Source of the DNA: Ophelia neglecta
Taxonomy: Eukaryota
DNA: 64,000 nt
Direction of reading: 5' to 3'
Assembly (NCBI GenBank): GCA_965285935.1
Contig: OZ260664.1
Location: 31,744,001-31,808,000, forward strand
In this document: positions 10,973 through 22,600 of the stretch, piece after piece
How the letters are laid out: every line of letters starts with the position of its first letter
How positions within the stretch are numbered: the stretch's first letter is position 1
The notes under the pieces: model-generated
What the model was told of the DNA's origin: nothing
Database searches by the model: none
Seen by the model: only the letters and a program-made list of their open reading frames with translations
Position numbers and translations under genes: made by a program

Positions 10973-13944
10973 AGTAACTTGTGCACACTGTTTTCTAGCT
11001 TCGTATGATTTGAAGCCTTTTTTCTGAAAGTCTCCAACCTTTATGTGGCTGGTATAAGGCAGCATATACATAACCGTATCAGCTTTAATCTGACATACGT
11101 AGTACAGAATGTATCCAAGACTCCTCTGACAGTAGTAAAACATAGTAAAAGGGCTTTTCTGTGTTATATGAGCTCAATTACTTAGCTGTCATATGCTGTG
11201 TATTGCCGGGGCAGGCTTATTTTGCTACACATTAATTTGCCTATCAATCTAATACAACTTTTTAGATAACTTCGGTATCGTATCTCTGACGCTGCCATCC
11301 AAGTAGATTTTGTTATACATTCATCTCAGGTTAATTTTATTTTCTTGCCATGCCTTGCATAAACAGTCTTGATCGATGTATAATAAATGCATCCCAACTC
11401 AATTTGCCTGAGTTTGATATTGGTGAGGCCCATTTTTCGTGATAGGATGAGGAAAGGCAGCAAGATTTGCTGTCAAATTTCCAGATCTACAGGAATTTTT
11501 TGACAACTTCCACAGAGGTTGATCAGATTATTGCCAATTGATGGCCCAGGGTACCTTAGCCATGGAAAATGTCTTTCACAATGTTGTCACCAATCTTCTA
11601 GATTTTATTTTGAATGAATATTGAGTCCTGCCTTGACCTTTGGGGTAATACAATAATACCTTACTCCACTTTTGTTGCTTTGCCTCCTATTTCACATTTT
11701 ATTGTGACTCAACTTTTGTTTATAGCATTTCCCCGCCTTTTCTTCTACAATGAGTTCTTATCACAAAGCCTGCAGAAGTCATGTCTGGATAGCCCCCAGA
11801 GATACAGGCCTACATGTAAAGCTTTGATTACAGACCATTTTATATCTTTCTCCCCAAACTTCATTGATTACTATTTATTGTGGCTGCTCTCAAGTTTTTG
11901 CCAGACCCAAACCCTGGCTTTCTTTTGGCTTCTTAGAAAAACTGGATATTGGAAATTGTCCTGCGAGTGTCTATGATGGATCACGTCTAGAACAGATAAT
12001 AGCATATCTGCCTCATGGTGGTTTTTCATTCCCCACTTGTACCTAGCTTGAATCTCAATCAACCGATACAGCATTTACTGTGTACATGTATCACCATAGT
12101 TTGATACTCATATTGTGGTATTGTTGTATTTTTTATTTTCCAAGGGCAGAGGGGTTTGCATCTCTGATACGTAAATTGCATGAGTAACTATTTGGGGACA
12201 GGAGGGACAAATTGAAAGTCTAAACGTTTGATGTATTAGCAAAACATATGTCTATTTGTGATGTATGAGTGCACCGGTAGAGCAAGCTTGGGCCTTGTAT
12301 ATAACATAGATAATGTATTGGCTACAAGAATGGGGGTAATATGATTGTAAATTACAGTGTGGTCTACCCACTCATGTGGGGCTGGTTATAATGGGCTTGT
12401 AGAAGTCCCTGAGAAATCAGCTCTTGAAAACTGTAGAATGATAGCCTCATCAGCTTTGATCATGTAGTTCTAATATATATTTATACATGCAACATTATGA
12501 AAATGGTGCCAATGGTGTACATGTATATGATTCGCTGATGGGTTCCTTGATGCTGCTCTATTCTAATTGAGAAATGGTGTCCAAAAACTGCAGAGTTCGC
12601 TGCGGGAGCATTGCATTGTGACCACGAGACACTGGCTCCATCACAACAGGAAGTATTTAATTCTCCACGGGCAGAATCAATCACACATCTGCCAAATGAG
12701 AAATCATTTACCAAAATCCGGAAAATAAGTCCGCGCATTGCAGGAAATAATGAGACAAGTTTTGTATGATGACGGGGCATGCCTGCGACAAGAGAGAGCG
12801 CTGCCACTATGCTTGGTCAAGACTCCGGGACAAATAAGGAATGTGGGGTTGCGGAGATCTAGTTTCTTGTCATTGTTCTCACCTGCCCAGTGGACCAATT
12901 GGTTTGTGATGGCCAGATTACCTGTGTCAACAGTCTGGACCAGAACCTGATCAAGTCAGCATGCCCTGCCTGTCATTACTGGACTTCTGTTGTTTGTCTT
13001 TTACACATTAAAATATAGGCGAAATCTCCTGGCTGACACATTTCACTCAGAAGGAAATTCCATAAAACTGAAATATGTAAGATTCCCTCTTTTGTCAGCA
13101 ATATATTAACCCTTTGCTCTTAATGGATTCTTTAAAATCAATACAGCATAATCAGCTAGTATAATGGCCTCTGAGTACTCTTGGCTGAATATGCCGCACT
13201 TCTGAAAATCTATATTTAAGACTTAATAAATGGATAAAACCCCCATGTCATTGTAGTTCAGTTAGAGCCAAGACTGGCATTGAAATTGTCTTGAAAATTA
13301 CAGGACATGCTGATGAAATTGATGTCAACATTCTACTAGTGTTAGTTTTTTGAAATTTGAAATTTAATGTGTTTAATTTTTGGGTCAAATTGACTTGTTT
13401 TTAAAGTAAAAAGTTCTTTGTTATTGGGAATTATGGGCACTGTTAAGAAAATTAAATAAAAATTGGTATTGTGTACAAAATCATTCCTCCTTTTTAGTAA
13501 TTTCTAATAATTAGCCAGATACAAAGGTCCTCATTCACTTTACTTGGATGGGAGTCCAGTGTTATCACTCCCGGTAATGAAGTCATGCATATTAACTTAT
13601 AAAACACTAAATGTGGTACTGTGTATCAGGAAATGTTCATGTCTTTGTAGAAAATGCCCTGCTTCATACACCTACTTTCTACAGGATACCACTCTCTGGC
13701 AATACTCAGTGACAGTATTTATCGTCTACTCACGAACTTTTTATGCTGTTGAAAATGTTTTGGTTTACATTAAGTTCTGATACCTAATTGGTAGATTAGT
13801 ACTTCCTCTTTCACCAGATTATCACTCCAGAAAGTTTGGGATGAGCAATGTACAGTGAATTTGTAACCAGATTTAACACATTTATGATGAATCATGACTG
13901 TTTTATACAATTTAGTTTTATGAACATATACCTATAGATTATAT

Positions 13945-14100
13945 ATTCAATTCAATTCAATTTATTTGCCATGGCATTTACTGATATAGTACCAACATTG
14001 ATCTAATACATGTACATGTATAAACTTAATGAACAGTTATATTGAGGTAATTATAATCAGATGGGAGGAGAAGTCAAAAGCTTTTATACCCCATTAATAT
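13945..14100 (-). mobile_element. Probable 3' tail of a CR1/L2-like LINE or SINE
   Basis: The minus strand reads AATAAA followed by TTGAA repeats (plus strand attcaattcaattcaatttatt). Confidence 0.35.
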
Positions 14101-15312
14101 CATAATGAAAACATATAATTAATGTTGCTCATGGCACTTTATAGCATATTATATGAGGGTGCAAAACATAAAGTATGACTATGTGAATATCGCACGTACC
14201 ATAATCATTGACTTTTGACCATGAGTCAGAGAGCAGTTTTGTACCACTCTGCTTTAATTTAGATAAATGTTGTATTTACAATGCTGGTAATACCACCCAG
14301 GATCAGTTCTAGGTCACAAAAGTGGTATTTTTTGTTGTTATTTGTTAATTTTGTGGATTAATGGTATCATTGGATCTGTTTTTGTGGTCATTCTATTACA
14401 AGGGAACACGCATAATTGCCCATTAATGTGTGTCTCGCGAGCATTATCCCAAAATAAAATCTGTGCCATTAACAAAAACCCTCGTGCACCGGATCCTGTT
14501 GGCATTTAAAGGCTTATTATTGGCCATAATGTTGTGTATTTGGCGTCATAGCACACGGGAAATTTGTCGCCATTTGCTCGCAAATTATCACCCTTCTATA
14601 CCAGATTGGTGCAAAATAGATAAGTATAAAAACCATACTAGTGATTTATTGATTTCTATAAATCAATTCAAGTGCCATCCTCTTAAGGCTTCTGTATATT
14701 GATTTTAGTGAAGTTAGTAGCGTGTTTTTACATGTATTCATGAAGGCCACAAACCCGAAGGCTTCCTTTGAACAATACATAATATCAGGAGCCATATTTC
14801 TCATTAAATCTCCATGCATGTTGTATAAGACTTTTGACAGCCTTCAGCTTCAGTCCCTCCTACCCTATAAACCTCATTCTCCAATCTGCTCTTATTAAAT
14901 GCCCAATTCAGACACGTGAGGAAATGTGTTAGCCCTTTTACAGATTGTAACTCGTCCCTATACAAATTGCTCTGTGTCCATTTCTGCTGAGATGTTGACA
15001 GTGTAATAAGGGCCAGCAAGATATAGCTGTCAGAGGCACCTGTAACTTAGTGCAAAACAAATGTGAAATCCCAATGACATCTTGTCCAGATCTCTATTCC
15101 ATCAGGAGGTCTTGAAAGGGGGGTATTCATGCAAGATACAAACGGCAGCTTGACTGAAATCAAACACAGTCAAATAAGCTGTAGTGCCTGGTATAGTTTT
15201 TGGTCAGCTGGTAAGATTAGTACCTTCAATGTGTCACTGTGGGGTAACATGACACAGATTAATTTAGTGTGTGAATTTCCAGTTTTCCGAGCACAAATAA
15301 GCCAAATGGGAA

Positions 15313-15566
15313 TAAAGTGGTCCCTGCGATGTAGGGCCGCCCTTATATCCAAGGAAAAGTGGCCCTACACTAAAGGTGGCCCTTCATCAGAGTGAGAGGT
15401 ACTTTAATATGGAAAAGATAGGAAATGGGAATTCAAAAGCTGTCCTTCCATCGCAGGTGGCCCTTCATTGTAGGGGCCCATCATCGCAGGTGGCCCTTCA
15501 TTGTAGGGGCCCATCGTCGCAGGTGGCCCTTCATTGTAGGGGCCCATCATCGCAGGGACCACTTTA
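15313..15566. mobile_element. MITE with 19-bp perfect terminal inverted repeats including TA ends (Tc1/mariner-like); internal 33-bp unit triplicated
   Basis: taaagtggtccctgcgatg (15313-15331) / catcgcagggaccacttta (15548-15566). A second, inverted copy lies at 43002. Confidence 0.8.
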
Positions 15567-15794
15567 CCAATTACAAAAAAACAGAAGTAGATACTCGGCA
15601 GAAAGGCTAAATCATCAGTTAGTCAGTTGTTCTAATTCATAAGGAGACATCAACACTAGAGAAAGTATTGGCTAATACCTACCAATCATAAACATTAAGC
15701 TCTGTAAACAACTACCGCAGACTCACAAAAACATAAAACATAAAGATGTGATACTGTCAAACCAGACTCACTAAACTTAAATCTCAAGGTTTGT

Positions 15795-16400
15795 CCCATC
15801 AAACACAGGCACATAACACATAAACATACAGGTGTGTCCCATCAAACACAGGCACATAACACATAAACATACAGGTGTGCCACCATCAAACACAGGCTCA
15901 CAACACATAAACATCTAGGTGTGACACTAACAAACACAGGCACATAACACATAAACATACAGGTGTGTCACCATCAAACACAGGCTCACAACACATAAAC
16001 ATATAGGTGTGACACTAACAAACACAGGCTCACAACACAACAATATCAAGGTGAGTCACCATCAAACACAGACTCACAACACATAAACATATAGGTGTGA
16101 CACTAACAAACACAGGCTCACAACACAACAATATCAAGGTGAGTCACCATCAAACACAGACTCACAACACATAAACATACAGGTGTGTCACCATCAAACA
16201 CAGACTCACAACGCATAAACATCAAGGTGTGTCACCATCAAACACAGACTCACAACGCATAAACATCAAGGTGTGTCACCATCAAACACAGACTCACAAT
16301 GCATAAACATCAAGGTGAGTCACCATCAAACACAGACTCACAACGCATAAACATCAAGGTGAGTCACCATCAAACCCAGGCACATAACGCATAAACATCT
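15795..16400. repeat. Minisatellite, 44-bp unit (catcaaacacagactcacaacgcataaacatcaaggtgtgtcac), ~14 copies with degenerate flanks
   Basis: Period 44 (16148, 16192 ...). Confidence 0.95.
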
Positions 16401-19175
16401 AGCTTTGAAACTATCAACCACAAACTCACAAAGCCTAAAACATAAAGCTCTTTAACCACCAACAAGTTTGTAACAAAAATGAATGGATTAGGTAAATGAA
16501 ACAAGAATGAGAAGTAGTCCACAGTTTTCATGATGTGAGTCAAAGCAAAAAGCAGTCAAGCCAGTGGTCAAAGTAGGGCAGAGATGAAGTACACCCAAGG
16601 AGAGTCCAGGATGGGCTAAGCCGTGTTCAATGTCCTGCAAATTTCAAAGAGGAAACTGGATTTTATATCTCTTCGACACTGCTATAAAAATCAGGTTACT
16701 GCAGTTTTATTGTTATTGATGGGTCACCCTGAAAGTAGCTTTGGCCAGTTCAGCGCAGGGTGCAAAAACACAAGGCGCAGGCAATCAATGATGGGAGATA
16801 AGTCATCGGAAAGGTTAAACACACCAAAGTCTGCAGGGAATCTCTCCAGTACTTTGTGTTTTTCAGTACTAATTGTTTTTCTAGAACAAAGGACTGGGGA
16901 AGCCCCCAACCCGTGCCCCCTTCCATGGCACTAATGTAAAAATACGTAAAGCTTGTAAATGTCAGATGGTGGAATATCATAGGCCTCTATAGGTGCCCTA
17001 GGGAGATTAGATTGCCTACACTTTCTGTGGTTAGACATATATAATGATAAATCAGACCTGTTCGCTATACTTTCTTTACAATGGGTATAGAGAATGCCTG
17101 ATCATTTTCTTTTAAACATTCCCGTGAGCAATCCTTATGCCTTCAATGAGACCAGATCCAGACAAAACCTGCCATCTCCCAGGGCATTCGTTTCTCACTG
17201 GCCATTCACTGTAGGTTGTGAAACCTATGACAACTAGTGAAAGCCAACTTAAGGTTAGAGTGGCAATCAATAACAGAAACAAGTCTAGTAACTTGGTAAG
17301 TGAATTCATTACACTTTTATTGTGGCTAAACAGGCAGACATATTGAATGATATGGCCTCTAGACCTACATATAAGATGATTGGAATTGGTTAATACTCAA
17401 ATGAGTTTCCTATAAGAACTCACAAATCTTCAAGGTGTGTGCTGTATTTAGATAGGCTGGAAGAATATCTATAACATGTCTGTCTTACCCCCAGAGCTCT
17501 TGACCCCAGCTACATGTAGGTCAAAACTGTGTTCACCAGAGCCACCACGTGTCCTTGTTATAATCAAACAGAGAATTTTGTACTTGATTTTGCCAAGGCC
17601 ACAAGCCCTAACTGTATTGGCTCTATACACTTAAGAAATGTGAATCTTGCTATCACTGAAGGGCAGGTTTACACAAGGATCATCTCTACTTTCATAAATA
17701 TGTGAATTTACAAGTAAAAGCCAGCTTTTTAATAGATATATAAAAATGTTTGTAAATAAATAAAGAAAAACATCAGCCTTTTTTATTTACAGTATATCTT
17801 TTAGATATAAAATGTTGCTAACATAATGTTAAGATGAAGTCATTGTTATTGAACAGTGACTTTTATGGTCTCAGTCTGCCTACTCTCTTTGGATTCAAGT
17901 CAGCCGATTGCTAGGTAACCACCTGGTGCTCTAGTCTAAATTCTCAGTCTCAGTATCTTTGCTATGCTTTGTTTTACGGAGTCTTGAATTAGATGCCATT
18001 CTGAAGTGATATTGCCACCAGAGGCCCATGACATTCGGCATTCTCCAGGAAGATAATTCAAAGCATGGTAATTTTTCAGTATTCTCTGACACTGGTGTAT
18101 GATAAGAAAATCCTAAAGCACTGCCAAAGGACCCCGTATATATCAAATGTCAAATCGGGATAGTTGGAGAAATGTTTATAAGCGAAGTGAAAGCTGCATG
18201 CCTGCAGATGTTATTTTGCCTAATAAAATTAAAGCTCCTACCTATATTTACCTTGGACAAGTGGACCTATGTAAGGCACAGATTTGAGTCTAAAGCCAAT
18301 GTCCATTCACACCTGTCAAGTTATTTTCTAACCACATTAGAAGAAACAACACAAAGAAATCTCTTAACTATCTGATTAATGCACTGTGCAATGACTAGTA
18401 ACTAAATTAGTCATTGATAATTATCCGACATTTAACATAGGGTCTTTTGATTAATGTTTGTGTTTTCATATTGATGCAAAAGAAATTTTGATATTGTCAA
18501 ATGAAAATACACAAGAACTGCATAGGGCTACTCCATATAGAATAGGTCTACATAGTGTGATCGTTAAAGGCTTATTCAGCTCTAAATATACTCGGCATAA
18601 GTCCGAACACTAAATTGTTTAGTAACCAGCACTGTGATTGGCACGAATTTCTCAGGTGATTTTCCGCCAAACAGCAGATGAAACAAGTGTTCTGATTGTG
18701 ACCCACGTTTTGTCGGTCGAAAATCACTTGAATGCATGTTAATATAAAAAGACCTAGCTCTGGACAGCATAACTTTGTCCTAGAGCTAGTCACTGGAATG
18801 ATAATTTGAGACTCATGTTAGACTGCTGCTAGCAGTTTCTGATGATTTCATAACAATTTAATGAATATTTTTGCATTGTCTTCCTGTTATATACCCCTGT
18901 TTTTAGAAGGTAACTGGATGGAAGTGACTGGAGTCCGCTCCCTGGGATGTATCTTACTGAGATGTATCTTACTGAGTGTCAGCCAATTGCAGTATCTGAT
19001 TCTATGGTCTCTGCTCAACAAAATTCTAGTTTTTTAACAGAGCTTCATGGGAACCCAAGCCCGCTTTGGTTAGTTTCTAACTTTGTTCTTTACTTGAACA
19101 TAATGTCATTTATTTGTATATCTAATAAATGTTGCCCAGGTGGAACTGAAGTCATCCAGTTACACAAATACATCA

Positions 19176-19490
19176 AAGCGTGGCCGAGTGGTTAGGGTGT
19201 CCGCCTCACAAGTGGGAGATAGGGTTCGAATCTCGATCGCGTCAAACCAAAAAAAGGTACTGATAGCTCCCCTGCCAGGCGCCCGGTATGTCAGGGGTAG
19301 TATCAGGACTGGTCAACCCAGAGTCAGTATAATGTGACTGGGTGGGGTTACCTGTCTGGTGTCTACGGCAGGTACTCCAGTGAGGCAGCACTCTAAAGAG
19401 GGCATTGAGCCCACTGTCACAAGTAGGCACCATGGCAATATGACCGATAAGTGTTGAAAGCCACATAAAACCCCAAACAACAACAACAAC
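19176..19490 (+). mobile_element. tRNA-derived SINE (resembles Meta-domain SINEs), apparently full length
   Basis: A box TGGCCGAGTGG at 19181, B box GGTTCGAATC at 19223, central domain ggtactgatagctcccctgccaggcgc...cagtataatgtgactgggtggg, LINE-like tail tgaccgataagtgttgaaagccacataaaacc plus (CAA)n. Possible ATACAT target duplication. Confidence 0.85.
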
Positions 19491-19589
19491 ATACATGAAT
19501 AATTGTAGGTGGTCCATTGAATAGGACCATTGCAATCAACTGGTATGCCTGTATCCAATACATCTGTAAGTAAATCTTGTATATTTAGA

Positions 19590-19645
19590 TGGGGAGTGGG
19601 GTGGGGTGGGGAGTGGTGGTGGTGGGGGGGGGGTGGTGTGGTGGC
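19590..19645 (+). repeat. G-rich tract (GGGGT/GGT repeats plus poly-G), G-quadruplex-prone
   Basis: Multiple runs of 4 or more G. Confidence 0.7.
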
Positions 19646-22600
19646 AAATACTCTGTCCATCTAGCGCTCTGTCCAGCTATCTGCCACTTCAACTAGATTT
19701 TTTATTTCATAAGATTTTACATACAATCCTATGCCAAAATCCTGCTCATTTTTCTCTTGATGTAAACTAGTTATCAGTGAGTATTGCTAGCAGACAGACA
19801 ATCCATACAAGCCTGACCTACCACAACCTTTTGTCATTTGTCTTGGGTTCTGGCCTTGAACATGTACATGTACATGTATGCCTAATAAGGGCAAAAGTAC
19901 TAATTACAGACTGGCAATTACCTCTGTCTTCACTGGATTTTGACCCACTTTATTTTGGTGTCCAGCTGAGGGGGCATCGCTGAAAACATACATGCCTTTT
20001 TTTAAAGAGACTGTACTTAGACAACTTGGTGCAGAAATTACAATATATCGTGGAGACTAGTTTTCTCCATCACATGGTGATTTATTCAATCTGAAAAAAA
20101 GAGATTAGATTGATTTTCTCCTCATCTTATGTTTTCTTATGTTTGCTTGGTTTTTCCATTTGCCTATTATATCAGGTTCTGTTTAATGCAAACTAATTAA
20201 TTTTATGGAGCCTTGTGTTTTGCAATAAATACAGAATAGTTCTTTATTGTATACTATTATACACACGCTGGTCCTTGCATGAATCCCAGGCCAATATCTT
20301 TTACTAACCATGGAGATAACTAGACCTCCATACATCTTGTGGGATAGGAAATGAGGGCTTAGCCATGACATTACTCATACCTTCCAGCCCGACTGTGTGC
20401 CACCGGGATATTGCTGGGGGAATTAAGTCGTGGGTTGGGAAGAGAGTCCCTGGTTAGACTGATATCTATATTAGGGAGGTGATGAATTCCCTCCACTGTG
20501 CAGACAGCCTTTTCCTCTTTCAGGTGATTTGTTTGCTCCAGTTACAATTCGGTATCAGCCAACACAGACATTTTGTATTCAGTGCTGGCCACCCTGTTCA
20601 TCCCTCTTCATAAACCATAATAATCTCTGCTTCTCCATTATCATAATGGCTTTCTTGTGCCAGTATTTTGCCACTATCAGCAAACTGTGAAGAAACTTAT
20701 TACTCTTTTATATGTTATTTCTATGTCTTTCACATATGAAAACAATAATTGATGATTTAAGTATATGAAAACTTGCAATAAGTACCAAAGAAAGATTTGT
20801 GAAGACTAATAAATTGTCAGTTTTACTCTGATCAAGTCTAGAAATAGCTAGAAATATAGGGCAGTCTGAGATGTAATAAAGGCTTATGCACTCAAAAGAG
20901 TGTTTTATTAACTGCCCCATCATAACTCCTCTCTGATAAATCAAATGTAACCCATTCTTATTTGAAATTGTGTGGACAATAAGCAGTGAATAATAGTGGA
21001 CAGCTGATCTGGCAAATCCCTCCCGTCAAAGAGCCGTGCCCAGAAGGGAAGTTGTGGAAATTCACTGAAAGTTCATAAGATCACCTCTTATTCCAACTTG
21101 GCTGTGTAGTGCGGCCGGTGATAGCGGTGATAGCGTAGTGAGAAGCGCTTGGCGCCCCATTGTCCAATACCCAAGCTGTCAGCCGGAGGCTGGCCAGCTT
21201 TGTCAGTCAGGCTGCTGATCCTCCCGTAATTTACCTGCAATCCTGGATTACCACGATAAAGATTTGTCGGGAAACATGAATCACTTTTACGTGGTTTGTT
21301 TCTTAATGGATGATTAATGTTGCAATTGTACCTATCACCTAAAAGGCAATTTCTGGGCAAATCCCATAATGCTTCATTGTATCATACATCATATAAGTTA
21401 CACTCACTGTTTGTGTAATGCCCATGGCTATATAACTCGTAGTAAAAAGTTATAATGTCTTGTGGACAAGAAATATGTATCACTTCAGTCAGTATTGGCA
21501 TATTGGTACTTATGAACAATCCATCTATATCTACAAGGTTATTCAGTCTGGTCTAAAGTGTGCTGCACAAGCTGAAGATTGATGTATATATATATACATG
21601 TACATAAATCATGTACTCAAAGTTTTGCTCAGTTAAACACATCCATGTAGACAGGGTATTAGGATACAATGTGATATTACAATCAGAAAATGGTTTCCTA
21701 TTCATTATTCAGCACCCATTTGTGTTTTATCGCCCTGGTTCTCCTGAATAGCATACCATCATTACCTTTGTTTTATACATTATCAATTGGTGTCACCAGA
21801 TTGGGGTCCTCTTGCGGCCAGCCTCCGTTCCCCCTGTCCAGGCCTATCCCCGTCCTTCATGGCCGCACCTCGCCATTTACCCGTTAGTCATATTGCCAGC
21901 TTGCACTTAACTACTACATCCTTCCCATAATGCCCAATTGCCTCCACGCATCAATCGGGAGCCCATTTCTCTGCCTAATAGCCCTGATTCTCCATCCATC
22001 TTGGATTAGGGCTATGGCCAAATCCTCTAACCATGCACTACAACATGCATATGTATCGTCTACTTGTCTACATACCCATGGGGCTCTCTAGTTTTACAAA
22101 AGACAAACTGTGACAGTCAAATTCTGTTCAAGGCTTTTTTCCAGCAGTAAGCAACACATCATGAGTTCTTTTGTTGTCCGTTGGGACTTTAGTAATAGGA
22201 TGATCAAGGGCTTTGTGAACTTGGCATTGCCAAACAGTTCCAAAATGATGAGAGCCATTGAGTTTTTATAGACATTGAGTCTGGGTTGGAATGACTAGCA
22301 ACCCTTTGGGTGAAGTCTCTCTGGAGCTTGGGACACCAGGGGGGTCAGTGGGTCTGTTTGTCTGGTGGAAATATAGTGTCCTTCACATTCAATTAGATCA
22401 TTTTGACTGGATATTGATGAAATATAGTAATGAAATAAAAGCTGTTGATATTCCATAAAATATATTATCATCTTTGCCCAATTCATTCATAGAAAATATT
22501 GATGTTATTAGTGCAATATTCTAAAAGATATCAAATCAGTAGAGACTTGTTAGCCAGTATTTTGTGTTACTATCTTGTCTATATATATCATGACGGGGAG

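Noticed and set aside
19176-19245. tRNA gene
   Set aside because: A and B boxes are present, but there is no closing acceptor stem and the sequence continues into a SINE body and tail.
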